Source: Planctomycetota bacterium | GTDB taxonomy: Bacteria > Planctomycetota > UBA8108 > SXIK01 | DNA length: 64,000 bases | Direction of reading: 5' to 3' | Assembly (NCBI GenBank): GCA_965223845.1 | Contig: CBDCXR010000004.1 | Span: 3,808,001-3,872,000, forward strand | In this document: positions 1 to 9,358 of the stretch, in pieces | Position numbering within the stretch: the stretch's first letter is position 1 | How the letters are laid out: every line of letters starts with the position of its first letter | Notes under the pieces: model-generated | Told to the model about the DNA's origin: nothing | Seen by the model: only the letters and a program-made list of their open reading frames with translations | Databases searched by the model: none | Position numbers and translations under genes: made by a program

Positions 1-1362
1 GACGCGGCGACGGAACCCTCGACGGAAGCGGCGACGCCGCCGGCTGACGCGGAGCTCGTCGGCCACACGGTGCTCATGCCCCAGGCGGGACAGAGCATGA
101 CGGAAGGCCGAATCCTCTCGTGGCTGAAGAACGAAGGGGACGCGGTCGAGCGCGGCGAGCCGCTCGTAGAGATCGAAACGGACAAGGCGAATCTCGAGAT
201 CGAGGCTCTCGCCGCGGGACATCTGCGCAAGATCTTCGCGAACGAAGGAGAGCTCGTCCCCGTGCTCGCCGCGGTCGCGGTGATCGGACCGAGAGACGCG
301 GACATCGACTTCGACGAGCACGCGCGGCGCGCCGAGGCGGCGCGGGCGCAAGGGACCGCGCCGCCGCCCGCCGCGCCCACGGCGAGTCCGGCCCCCGCCC
401 GCTCGCCCGCCGAGCCGGCGGCGGCGACGAATCCGCGGCGCCCGGCGCCCGCGGTGGCGAGCCCGACGGTGACCGCCGCCGCGTCGCGCCGTCTCGCCGC
501 CTCGCCGCTAGCGCGGAGGGTCGCGAAGGAGCGCGGCGTCACGCTCTCCGCCGTCCGCGGCACCGGACCGAACGGGCGCATCCTCCGGCGCGACGTCGAG
601 GCGGCGCCGGCCGGCGGCGGTCACGCAGCTGCGAATGGCGCGGGGATCGATCTCTCCGCGCTCGGTGCGAGCCGCCCGTACCCCGAACCGGCCGCGCGCC
701 CGCCGGCCGAGGTTCCGCTGACCGGCATGCGGGGCGCGATCGCGTCGGCTCTCCAGCAGTCGAAGCAGACGCTCCCCCATTTCTACGAGGCGATCACCGC
801 GGATGTGACGGCGCTTCTCGAGCGGAGGAGTGGGCTCGAGCAAGAAGGTGCCCGCGTTTCCGTGAACGACTTCGTCGTCCGGGCCGTCGCGATCGCACTA
901 GCCGATGAACCTCGCGTCAACTGTCGCGTTGCGGACGATCGCATCGAATATCCTTCGGCGGTCAACATCGGCATCGCCGTCGGAACGGAAGACGGGCTCG
1001 TCGTCCCCGTCGTGCAGAACGCCGCGACGCTCGATCTCGTCGGACTCTCCGCCGAGTCGAAGCGCATCATCGAAGCCGCGCGCTCCGGGAAGTTGATCGG
1101 AATGGGAACGGGCACCTTCACGATCTCGAATCTCGGCATGTTCGGCATCGAGAGCTTCAGCGCGATCATCAATCCGCCGGAAGGCGCGATCCTCGCCGTC
1201 GGCGCCGCTCGACCCGAGCTCCGGCCCTGGGCCGGCGGCTTCGCGCCGCGAGCGGTGATGACGCTCACGCTTTCTGCGGACCACCGCGCGATCGATGGCG
1301 TGCTCGCCGCTCGATTCCTCAGTCGTCTGCGTTCGCTGCTCGAAGAGCCGGATCGGTTGTAA
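1..1362 (+). CDS. 2-oxoacid dehydrogenase E2 (dihydrolipoamide acyltransferase), 5'-truncated by the window edge
   Basis: Lipoyl domain EIETDKA, Ala/Pro linker, E3-binding domain (ASPLARR...GTGPNGRI), catalytic DHRAIDG. The frame is open back to base 1 (DAATEPSTEAATPP linker), so another domain probably lies upstream. Confidence 0.93.
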   Translation, partial: DAATEPSTEAATPPADAELVGHTVLMPQAGQSMTEGRILSWLKNEGDAVERGEPLVEIETDKANLEIEALAAGHLRKIFANEGELVPVLAAVAVIGPRDADIDFDEHARRAEAARAQGTAPPPAAPTASPAPARSPAEPAAATNPRRPAPAVASPTVTAAASRRLAASPLARRVAKERGVTLSAVRGTGPNGRILRRDVEAAPAGGGHAAANGAGIDLSALGASRPYPEPAARPPAEVPLTGMRGAIASALQQSKQTLPHFYEAITADVTALLERRSGLEQEGARVSVNDFVVRAVAIALADEPRVNCRVADDRIEYPSAVNIGIAVGTEDGLVVPVVQNAATLDLVGLSAESKRIIEAARSGKLIGMGTGTFTISNLGMFGIESFSAIINPPEGAILAVGAARPELRPWAGGFAPRAVMTLTLSADHRAIDGVLAARFLSRLRSLLEEPDRL

Positions 1363-1401
1363 AACTCGCGGGGGATCGACGCCTCGAGGCGTCGGTTCGA
1401 G

Positions 1402-2112
1402 TCAACCGTTCGCGAGCGCTTCGGCCTCCGCCGCGACGAGTAGCCGGAGATTCCGATCGAACACGCTCGTGAACGACCGGTGAACCGCGCCGCAGAGCGC
1501 CGTCCACTCGGGAAGAGACCCGGCCGGCAACTCGCGCTCGAGGCTCGTTACTTCGGCGTCCGAGATCCCGCAGGGAACGATCGTATCGAAGCCGTCGAGA
1601 TCTCTCTCGACGTTGAGAGCGAAGCCGTGTGACGTCACCCACTGCTGCGCGCGGATGCCGATCGCCGCGATCTTGCGCGGAGCCGCGTCCGGACCGACCC
1701 ACACTCCCGTGCGCCCGTCGACGCGTCGCCCGACGATCTCGTAATCCGCGAGTACTCCGAGCAGAGCCTCCTCGACGCGCCGAAGATAGGCGTGGAGGTC
1801 CCGCTCGTCGCCCGAGAGCTGGACGATCGGATATCCGACGAGTTGCCCCGGACGGTGAAACGTCACGTCGCCGCCGCGGCGCGACGGGACGATCGCGATG
1901 CCGCGCGAGGCGTACTCGGCTCGCGGGAGGCGGAGATGCTCATCGCCACCTCTCGTGCCCCACGTCACCGTAGGCGGGTGCTCGAGGAGCCACAGAAGAT
2001 CCGGAATCTCGTCCGCTGCACGGCGTTTGACGAGACGCTCTTGCGTTCGCGTGGCGTCGTCGTAGCGGATCGGAGTTCGAGGTGTACGGACGTTCTCGGG
2101 GAGGAGATTCAC
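1402..2112 (-). CDS. lipB: Lipoyl(octanoyl) transferase
   Basis: LLEHPP, RGGDVTFHRPGQLVGYPI, KIAAIG, HGFALN and IVPCGI motifs; convergent with the E2 gene. Confidence 0.95.
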   Translation of the reverse strand: MNLLPENVRTPRTPIRYDDATRTQERLVKRRAADEIPDLLWLLEHPPTVTWGTRGGDEHLRLPRAEYASRGIAIVPSRRGGDVTFHRPGQLVGYPIVQLSGDERDLHAYLRRVEEALLGVLADYEIVGRRVDGRTGVWVGPDAAPRKIAAIGIRAQQWVTSHGFALNVERDLDGFDTIVPCGISDAEVTSLERELPAGSLPEWTALCGAVHRSFTSVFDRNLRLLVAAEAEALANG

Positions 2113-2133
2113 ACGAAGTGCGCGAAGGATCGC

Positions 2134-2189
2134 GAAGGGAGAGAAGAAGTAAGAATAAGAGTAGGAATGAGAGCGAGAATAAAAGGAAG
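2134..2189. repeat. Purine tract of degenerate hexamers (RRRARY)
   Basis: agaagt aagaat aagagt aggaat gagagc gagaat; the only pyrimidines fall at 2150, 2156, 2162, 2168, 2174 and 2180. Confidence 0.75.
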
Positions 2190-2206
2190 CGCGCCCGGGT
2201 GGGAAG

Positions 2207-2246
2207 GAAAACGCCCGGCGAACGGGGAACCGGTCGCCGGGCGTTT
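2207..2246 (-). terminator. Intrinsic terminator after amt
   Basis: 13-bp inverted repeat aaacgcccggcga / tcgccgggcgttt just after the amt stop, with a pyrimidine-rich tail on the minus strand. Confidence 0.75.
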
Positions 2247-2268
2247 CGCTATTACCGACTGAAGCGAG

Positions 2269-3657
2269 TTACACGTCGTAGCCGACTTCGCCGTGCTGCG
2301 AGAGGTCGAGGCCCTGGAGCTCCTCGTCCTCGCTCGCGCGGAATCCCTTCGTGACCGCGTTCACGATTGCGTAGAGGATCGCCGTCACGACGGCGGAGTA
2401 CACCATGGTGATGACGACGGCGAGAATCTGCGTGAGGATCAACCCGCCGCTCGGCACTCCGCCTACAGAGACGAAGACGCCCGTGAGGATCGCGCCGACG
2501 GTTCCACCGACTCCGTGGACGCCGAACGCGTCGAGCGAGTCATCGAATCCGAGGCGCGCCTTGAGGACGGCGACGCAGAAGTAGCACACCGCCGCGACGA
2601 TGACGCCCATGATGAGAGCGGCTCCGGGCTGGACGTATCCCGCCGCCGGGGTGATGCAGACGAGGCCCGCAACGAGTCCCGTGGCGACGCCGAGCACGGT
2701 GGCCTTTCCGTGGTGGACCCGCTCGATCACCGCCCACGCGAGAGCGGCCGATGCCGCGCAAACGTGAGTGACGGTGAACGCGAGAACGGCGGTCCCGTCG
2801 CTCGCGAGACCGCTCCCGCCGTTGAATCCGAACCAGCCGAACCAGAGGAGACCGGCTCCGAGCACGGTGAGGGTCAGGTTATTCGGCGCCATTTTCTGCT
2901 GCGGGTAGCCGCGGCGCTTCCCGATGAGGATCGCGAGAACGAGCGCGGACACACCCGACGAGATGTGGACGACGGTTCCACCGGCGAAGTCGATCGCGCC
3001 GTAGCCGGTCACGCCTTCGAGCCACCCGTCACCACCGAGCAGGCCACCACCCCAGACCCAGTGGCAGATCGGATCGTAGACGAGCGTCGCCCAGAGGAGC
3101 GTGAAGAGGACGTAGGGTCCGAACCGCACGCGTTCCGCGAACGCTCCGGCGATGAGGGCCGGCGTGATGATCGCGAACATCATCTGGAAGGTCATGAAGA
3201 GCATGTGCGGGATGACGTGTCCCGAGTTCGGTTGGGGCGCATCCCAAGCGACTCCGCTCAGCATGAAGTAGTCCATGCCGCCGATGAATCCGCCCACATC
3301 GGTCCCGAAGGCGAGACTGTAGCCGATCACCACCCACTGCACGCTCACGAGTCCCATGCAGAACACGCTGTGCATCATCGTCCCGAGGACGTTCTTCGAG
3401 CGCACCATGCCCGCGTAGAAGAGGGCGAGGCCCGGCGTCATGAGGAGTACTAATGCGCACGAGGCGAGAATCCACGCGATCGATCCCGAATCGAGCGCCG
3501 ACGCCACCTCGGCGGCGGCTTCGGCAGCGGCTTCGGTGGCAGCCTCGACGACTTCGGCGCCCTCGGCACCTTCACCCTGGCCGAAAGCGATCGCCGGCAT
3601 CCCGGCACTGAGCAGGCCGGCGACCCAAGATCGCCGGCGTTTTGAGAAGGAAAACAT
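2269..3657 (-). CDS. amtB: Ammonium transporter (Amt family)
   Basis: MTPGLALFYAG, FQMMFAIITPAL, DFAGGTVVHISSG, LWFGWFGFNGGS, DDSLDAFGVHG. ATG at 3657 with GAGG upstream, followed by a signal-peptide-like N-terminus. Confidence 0.96.
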   Translation of the reverse strand: MFSFSKRRRSWVAGLLSAGMPAIAFGQGEGAEGAEVVEAATEAAAEAAAEVASALDSGSIAWILASCALVLLMTPGLALFYAGMVRSKNVLGTMMHSVFCMGLVSVQWVVIGYSLAFGTDVGGFIGGMDYFMLSGVAWDAPQPNSGHVIPHMLFMTFQMMFAIITPALIAGAFAERVRFGPYVLFTLLWATLVYDPICHWVWGGGLLGGDGWLEGVTGYGAIDFAGGTVVHISSGVSALVLAILIGKRRGYPQQKMAPNNLTLTVLGAGLLWFGWFGFNGGSGLASDGTAVLAFTVTHVCAASAALAWAVIERVHHGKATVLGVATGLVAGLVCITPAAGYVQPGAALIMGVIVAAVCYFCVAVLKARLGFDDSLDAFGVHGVGGTVGAILTGVFVSVGGVPSGGLILTQILAVVITMVYSAVVTAILYAIVNAVTKGFRASEDEELQGLDLSQHGEVGYDV

Positions 3658-3784
3658 CTCGAATGACCTCAAACGAAGTTTGCTTGCGGAACGCGACGTC
3701 GGTGGGGACCCCTCCACCACGGAGTCGCACGCGCGAACAAACGCGAGGAATCGTCCTCCGGAAGCTGCCTCGACCGCGAGTGCG

Positions 3785-4132
3785 TTAGATCGCCTCGTTG
3801 CCGCGTTCGCCCGTGCGGATGCGCACGCAGTCTTCGAGCGGAAGGACGAAGATCTTGCCGTCTCCGATCTTCCCTTCCTCGCCGGTGCGACCGCCGCGGA
3901 TGATCGCCTCGATCGTCGCCTCGACGAATTCGTCGTTGACCGCAATCTCGAGCCGAACTTTCGGGATGAGATTCACCTGGTACTCGTGACCGCGGTAAAT
4001 CTCGGTGTGTCCCTTCTGGCGTCCGAGCCCCTGCGCGTCGCTAACGGTGAGGCGAAAGACCTCGACCGAGCTGAGCGCTTCTTTCACCGCCTCAAGTCGA
4101 GACGGCTGCACGACAGCGATGATGTACTTCAT
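3785..4132 (-). CDS. glnK: Nitrogen regulatory protein P-II
   Basis: T-loop GRQKGHTEIYRGHEY with the uridylylatable Tyr, and TGEEGKIGDGKIF. Called glnK because it is linked to amt. Confidence 0.93.
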   Translation of the reverse strand: MKYIIAVVQPSRLEAVKEALSSVEVFRLTVSDAQGLGRQKGHTEIYRGHEYQVNLIPKVRLEIAVNDEFVEATIEAIIRGGRTGEEGKIGDGKIFVLPLEDCVRIRTGERGNEAI

Positions 4133-4285
4133 AGGAACCTCTCCGATGGGCTGTTCTCTCGACGGTGGAGCTCGGGCCGATTCGGCGCGAATCGGATCAG
4201 AAACAACCCTCCTCGCCGCACCGCGAGATTCGTTCATCCTCTCTAGTTTGAGCCGATCGCCCTCGACGACCGGCGCCGAAAGCTT

Positions 4286-7015
4286 TTACCCCACGCCTGT
4301 AGTCTCCGCACCACTCTCCTCGGGCTCCGCCGCGTCGCGGCCGCGCGCCCGAAGGAGCAGCTCTCTCTCGACACGACGTTGAATCTCCGGGTCACTCACC
4401 TTCAACCCGTCGGCTCCGAGCACGTAGAAGACGTCTCGAACTCGAGCGCCGAAGGTGGAAAGTTTTGCCGTGTGGACGCCGAGGCCGCGCTCGTGGAGAC
4501 CCGACGCCACATCGAACAGGAGGCCGGGCCGGTCTCCCGCATTCACCTCGATCACCGTAAACCGTTCCGAGCTCACGTTGTTGATCGTCACCCGCGGCCC
4601 GTACAACGGACGGGGAGCTCGATGGCGCCCGAGTCTCGCGCGGTGCTCCTCCACGACGCTCGAAACTTCGATCGCTGACGATTCTAAAGACGCGAAGGAG
4701 CCGCGCAGGCGCTCGATTCGCGTCGAGACGGGGATCCTCACGCCGTCGTCGACCTCGACGATGAACTGATCGATCGCGAAGCCATCGGCGTGCGAGTAGA
4801 TGCGCGCCCCGAGAACGCTGAACCCCTGACAAAAGAGAAGCCCGGTCAACTCGGCAAATAGTCCGGGGCGATCGGGAGCGCAGATGCTCACCTCGTGGTA
4901 GTCGCCGAACGCCTCCGCGCTCACCCCGACCGATCCGTGCTCGCGGACCCCGTCTAGCAACTCGACGTGACGGAGCATCGTCTCCGGGCGCACTTCGCGC
5001 CCGTAGTCGGAGCCCTCCATCGAACGGCAATGCTCCCGCAGTCTCGCGCGCTGCGCGTCGTCGAGGTCGGCGTCCTCGACGAGGGACCGCAGCTCGGTCC
5101 CCGCTGGCTCTCCCGTGCGCAGCCGCTCGAGTGTGTTCTCGTACACTTCCTTGAGCTGTGCGCCCTTCCACCCCGTCCAAGTGCCCGGGCCGACAGATTT
5201 GATGTCGAGGTGAGTCAGTAGGTAGAGCATCTTGAGCCGTTCCGCGGTTTCGCACGCTGTCGCGAGCCCCGCGATGACGTCGGGGTCCGAGTAGTTCCGC
5301 CGCTCGGAGACTCGGAAGAGTCGAAGATGCCGGTAGACGAGGAATTCGACCGCGGATGCGATCTCGCTCGTTAGCCCCAATCGCTCACAAACGATGGCCG
5401 AAATCGTCCAGCCGCTCACCGAATGATCGCCTTCGAATGCCTTTCCGACGTCGTGGAGAAGAAGCGCGAGGCGGAGCGGCAAAGGATCGCTGAGCTCGTC
5501 GTAGACGCGGCGGAACTCGCGCTCGGTCGAGTCGTCGCCCTCGGCGATGCGGTCGAGCTCACGGAGGGCACGAAGCGTGTGGGCATCGACGGTGAAATGG
5601 TGGTGTCCATCGAAGCTGACGAGACAATCGAGCTTCCGGAACTCCGGTAGAATCCGTGCGAGGAGCCCGGTCTCGTGCATCGCGGTCAACGCTTCCCCGA
5701 CGCGTTGCTCGTGCCGCAGAATCGAGACGAACTTGCGCATCACCGGAGCCGAGTGCGTCAAGTCGCCCGGCTCGCGCGCGACGCGCTGGCGAATCCATTC
5801 GCGCAGCGTTTCGCTCGGTCGAATGTCTTTCTTCTGTGCGACGCGAAGGAAGTCGAGGATCTCCTCGGGCGTCCCTCCGTTCGGCGGATCACCCGCGAGG
5901 TAAAGACGTCCCCGGTACGAATTGAGGACCGGGTGGACGCGATCGGCGACGAATGTCCGCGTGACCCAACTGAACGAACGACGCCCGCGCGTTTCGCTTT
6001 CCACGTAGTAGCGAAGAAAGCAATCGACGGCGCGGGTGTGACGGTAGTAGTCGCCCATGAGCTCCTCGACCGCGGCACGCGGATCGGCATCGGATCCGTA
6101 GCCGAGGTGTCGAGCGACGGCGAACTGGGTATCGCGCTCGAGCACGTCGAGGCGACTCTCGCTCTCCAAGTGGAGGGCACAGCGAACGCGGAGAAGAAAG
6201 CGATACGCCGCGCGCCAAGCGGTGACGTGATCCACGGAGAAGTCGCCCGTCTGGGAGAGGCTGCGCATGCCTCGTCCGGCGTGGCGGAGATTCTCGATCC
6301 ACCGAACGCGCTGAAGATCACGGAGTCCGCAGATGCCGTCTTTCGTGTCGGGTTCGATGACGTACAGAGTGCGGCGCGGATCCTCGAGAGACTCGCGGAG
6401 AAGTCGCACCTGCTCCGAGCAGAATCTCGCTCCCCGACGTCGCCGATACCGCCAGAGCGCTTTCTCGCGGAACGTCGAGTAGACTTCGTCGCTTCCCCAG
6501 AGGTGGCGGGCGTCGAGAAGAGCCGTCGCCGTGCTCAGATCGTCGTGCATCCACCCGAAGCACTCCCGCGGCGATCGCACCGAGTGACCGAGTTCGAGCC
6601 CCGCGTCCCAGAGAAGAGGGACGAGTCGCTCCACGCGATCCGTCGCGGCGCCCCGGCGAATGAGCACCAGGAGATCGACATCGGAATGCGGGCATTGCTC
6701 CGCGCGACCGAATCCGCCCACCGCGGCCAAGCAAACGCTCGCGGGCTCGAGCTCCGCGGCCAGAGCGCGCTCGACGACGACGCGATCGATCGCGGTCGAA
6801 AACGAGCGACAGGCTTCGAACGCGTCGCGGCCGGACTGAATCTCGCGGCGGAGTTGAGCGAGCGCGGAGTCGACCGAGGCGCGCTTCGCGTCGAGTCCCT
6901 CCGAGGCGCGCGGCGACGATCCGCGCATTCGCTCGCCGGAGTCGAGTCTCGGCCCGCCCGACCGGGACGAGTCGCCGGAATCTAGCGCCGGGCTCTCTGA
7001 ATTCATTCGGGCCAT
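4286..7015 (-). CDS. glnD: Bifunctional uridylyltransferase / uridylyl-removing enzyme
   Basis: NT motif AVGGFGR..CPHSDVDL, GGLRD-like CGLRDL, HD domain (HHFTVDAH, LLHDVGK) and two ACT domains (DRPGLF, DRPGLL). Start is uncertain (7015 or 7006). Confidence 0.92.
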   Translation of the reverse strand: MARMNSESPALDSGDSSRSGGPRLDSGERMRGSSPRASEGLDAKRASVDSALAQLRREIQSGRDAFEACRSFSTAIDRVVVERALAAELEPASVCLAAVGGFGRAEQCPHSDVDLLVLIRRGAATDRVERLVPLLWDAGLELGHSVRSPRECFGWMHDDLSTATALLDARHLWGSDEVYSTFREKALWRYRRRRGARFCSEQVRLLRESLEDPRRTLYVIEPDTKDGICGLRDLQRVRWIENLRHAGRGMRSLSQTGDFSVDHVTAWRAAYRFLLRVRCALHLESESRLDVLERDTQFAVARHLGYGSDADPRAAVEELMGDYYRHTRAVDCFLRYYVESETRGRRSFSWVTRTFVADRVHPVLNSYRGRLYLAGDPPNGGTPEEILDFLRVAQKKDIRPSETLREWIRQRVAREPGDLTHSAPVMRKFVSILRHEQRVGEALTAMHETGLLARILPEFRKLDCLVSFDGHHHFTVDAHTLRALRELDRIAEGDDSTEREFRRVYDELSDPLPLRLALLLHDVGKAFEGDHSVSGWTISAIVCERLGLTSEIASAVEFLVYRHLRLFRVSERRNYSDPDVIAGLATACETAERLKMLYLLTHLDIKSVGPGTWTGWKGAQLKEVYENTLERLRTGEPAGTELRSLVEDADLDDAQRARLREHCRSMEGSDYGREVRPETMLRHVELLDGVREHGSVGVSAEAFGDYHEVSICAPDRPGLFAELTGLLFCQGFSVLGARIYSHADGFAIDQFIVEVDDGVRIPVSTRIERLRGSFASLESSAIEVSSVVEEHRARLGRHRAPRPLYGPRVTINNVSSERFTVIEVNAGDRPGLLFDVASGLHERGLGVHTAKLSTFGARVRDVFYVLGADGLKVSDPEIQRRVERELLLRARGRDAAEPEESGAETTGVG

Positions 7016-7212
7016 ACAAGTCCATCGACCCAGGCGGAGCTCCGCCGAGTCGAGATCTGCCGCTTCGGCGATCCGGAGGGGCTCGGCAAACGCACGAGAG
7101 CTCGAGACGGTACCGTCCGATCTCGCGTTTCGTTCGCCGGCAGTCCAGGAGCGACGCGAGCGAGCGAGCAAGTCCTATCTTGAAACTGTATGGACCCCCA
7201 ATGGTCGCGCGC

Positions 7213-7241
7213 ATTGTGGCCGATGGGCGGGCACGGCGCAA
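7213..7241 (-). promoter_or_regulatory. Candidate sigma70 promoter for glnD-glnK-amt
   Basis: Minus strand TTGCGC-N17-CACAAT. Confidence 0.5.
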
Positions 7242-7286
7242 GCCCGCCGCCTCTCCCGCCTAAACGAGATCGACCGCGCGGCGAGA

Positions 7287-8414
7287 TCAGTAGGTCCAGG
7301 CGTCGCGTCCCGGCGAAAACACCCTTCGCTCACCGGGGAGAGCGGCCGGCCGGAGCTCGAAAGCCGGAACGATCCCGCGAGGCCAGCCGCGGGTCTCGGC
7401 GCCTTCGTCGACGAAGACGTGATAGAGACGGGCGCCCGAGACGCGCAGCGGCTCATCGCGCTCGCGCTCGCGGCCGCGAATCGCGCGAAGCGGGATGAAC
7501 CATCGCCCTCCCCGCGCCGTCACGCCCTCGACCGGCACGAGGATGTATCGCGTATCGCCGCGCGAACGAACCGCGTCGGGATCGAGCTCGACTTCGACGA
7601 GCCACTCCGGCTCGAGCGAGGCCGTGGTAGCGCGGGAACGCTCGAGATCCAAATCGAGAGTCTCGGCGCGTCCGTCCAGCGACTCGCCCAACCGGTGGCG
7701 AATCCCGACAAGGCGCGGATGGGGCCGCTCGCGGGAAGCCGGCTCGAGGTGCCACTGAAGCTCCGTCGAGATCTCCCGCTCGCCGTTCCATCGCGTCGAA
7801 TGAGCCGTCGACGATCGATAGGCATCGGCGGCCTGAGGACGACTCCGATCCTGCGGCGCGGGGGACTCGGCGAGGCGCGTGGCGTTCCCGTCTACCCAAA
7901 GAGCGCCCGCGAAAACTCCGGCCACGCCGGCGATCAAGACCGCGGCCGCGACTGCTTCGCGGTGCCGAACTCGGCGCGCGGGCATGCGCTGCACAGTAGC
8001 CGTCGCGCGATGGCTCGGATCGTCGGCGGTCTCGCCTTCGCGTCGCACGAGGCGCCGTTCGGTGCGCTCCGCCCTTTCGGCCAGTCCCACGACCGAGGTG
8101 CGCGGTGGACGACTTCGCTCGACCGTCCGTTCGCAGCGCCTACCGGGAAGCATCGAGAGAGCCTCGACGCGGGCGACGATCGCCCCGGCACGCTTTCGCC
8201 GCATCTCGGCAACGCGAGAACCGGTTCGCTCGATCTCTGGCGCCGCCGACTCAAAGAGCGAACGCACATCCTCGTCGAACTCGTCCACCCACCTCGAGCA
8301 GTCGGCGCAGCGTCGGAGGTGCCGCCGCACGAGTTGAAGCGCGAAAGGATCAGCCAGCTCGCCTTCGCAGTAGAGCCAGAGGTCGTCGCGCAGTTGGCTA
8401 CAGACGTCCTTCAT
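7287..8414 (-). CDS. Zinc-finger (HxxxCxxC) transmembrane anti-sigma factor
   Basis: N-terminal C..HLRRCADC, one TM helix (AVAAAVLIAGVAGVFAGALWV); overlaps the end of the sigma gene. Confidence 0.75.
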   Translation of the reverse strand: MKDVCSQLRDDLWLYCEGELADPFALQLVRRHLRRCADCSRWVDEFDEDVRSLFESAAPEIERTGSRVAEMRRKRAGAIVARVEALSMLPGRRCERTVERSRPPRTSVVGLAERAERTERRLVRREGETADDPSHRATATVQRMPARRVRHREAVAAAVLIAGVAGVFAGALWVDGNATRLAESPAPQDRSRPQAADAYRSSTAHSTRWNGEREISTELQWHLEPASRERPHPRLVGIRHRLGESLDGRAETLDLDLERSRATTASLEPEWLVEVELDPDAVRSRGDTRYILVPVEGVTARGGRWFIPLRAIRGRERERDEPLRVSGARLYHVFVDEGAETRGWPRGIVPAFELRPAALPGERRVFSPGRDAWTY

Positions 8415-9021
8415 GGCTCAACCTCACTCGCGCGCGCCGCTCGAGCCGGGCGCGCGCCGTTCGAATCAAGTGGTCGACCTTGGAAAAGCTCACGTTCAAG
8501 CGCGTCGCCAGCTCGCGGTACGACAGCCCGTCGAAGTAGCGCAGGATCAGGATGTCGCGCTCCGCCGCCGGCAACTCGTCGAGGAGTCCGTTCAGATCTG
8601 CGCATTCGTTCTTCGGCTGCGACCATCCCTGCTGGAGCTCCTCGGCTCGCGCGGCCAGCGCCTTTCGCTCGGACCGATAACGCCGCCGGCGATCGCGACA
8701 GAGCGATCGCGCGATCTGGTAGAGCCACGGCGCGAATCGCCGCGCATCGTCCAGCTGCGCAAGGTGCGTGTACGCACGGATGAACGTCTCCTGCGCGATC
8801 TCTTCGGCGTCGGATCGATTCGACCCGAGCAGTCTGAAACAGAGCCCGAACACGGACGGCTCGTAGTGTTCAACCAACTCGCGAAACGCATCGCGGTCGC
8901 CGTCGAGCACACGCCGGACCGTCTCCCCTGCGTCGGAGATCGTCCCGGGCGGCTCAACCCGTTCGGGGTCGGGCCGGTCGGGATCGGTGCTGGCGTCTGG
9001 CCCGCGCTGCGGGTCGCGCAT
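8398..9021 (-). CDS. ECF RNA polymerase sigma factor
   Basis: GDRDAFRELVEHY, DAEEIAQETFIRAY, FAPWLYQIAR, ILILRYFDGLSYRELA..L (regions 2 and 4). Confidence 0.92.
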   Translation of the reverse strand: MRDPQRGPDASTDPDRPDPERVEPPGTISDAGETVRRVLDGDRDAFRELVEHYEPSVFGLCFRLLGSNRSDAEEIAQETFIRAYTHLAQLDDARRFAPWLYQIARSLCRDRRRRYRSERKALAARAEELQQGWSQPKNECADLNGLLDELPAAERDILILRYFDGLSYRELATRLNVSFSKVDHLIRTARARLERRARVRLSHEGRL

Positions 9022-9039
9022 CAAGCTGGATGAAGCTCG

Positions 9040-9074
9040 CACGTCGAAATCGCCCGAAAAAGGATCCTTTTTTT
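9040..9074 (-). promoter_or_regulatory. Candidate ECF-type autoregulatory promoter or operator palindrome
   Basis: Perfect 16-bp palindrome AAAAAGGATCCTTTTT (9057-9072). On the minus strand it reads GGATCC-TTTTT...GACGT about 40 nt before the sigma ATG. Confidence 0.45.
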
Positions 9075-9358
9075 CGTCCCGGGGAACGCGGACGGGTGCG
9101 CTGAGAGTCCCGAGGAGATCGCGAATCGAGGATTCTAACGTGGATGCCGGGCGGGCTTCCACTCCGTCCGGGGCGCGCCGGGACGCTGCGTCCACACCTT
9201 CTCTGGTTCCCTCCCGAGGTCGGGTTTCGGAGCTCGTCTCGCCGTCCTTCCCCCACCTGCGGCTCTCTCCTGGCCCCCTCTCACCTCGCTCCTCTGCCGT
9301 GCTCTGCGCTCCCGCGTGAATCGCCTTCTCGAGCGAGCGAGAGCAACCGAGTCCGACG

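Noticed and set aside
3658-3945. Apparent N-terminal extension of Amt overlapping glnK (possible fusion or frameshift)
   Set aside because: glnK has its own stop at 3785 and amt has an RBS and ATG at 3657; the extension is an ORF-caller artefact.
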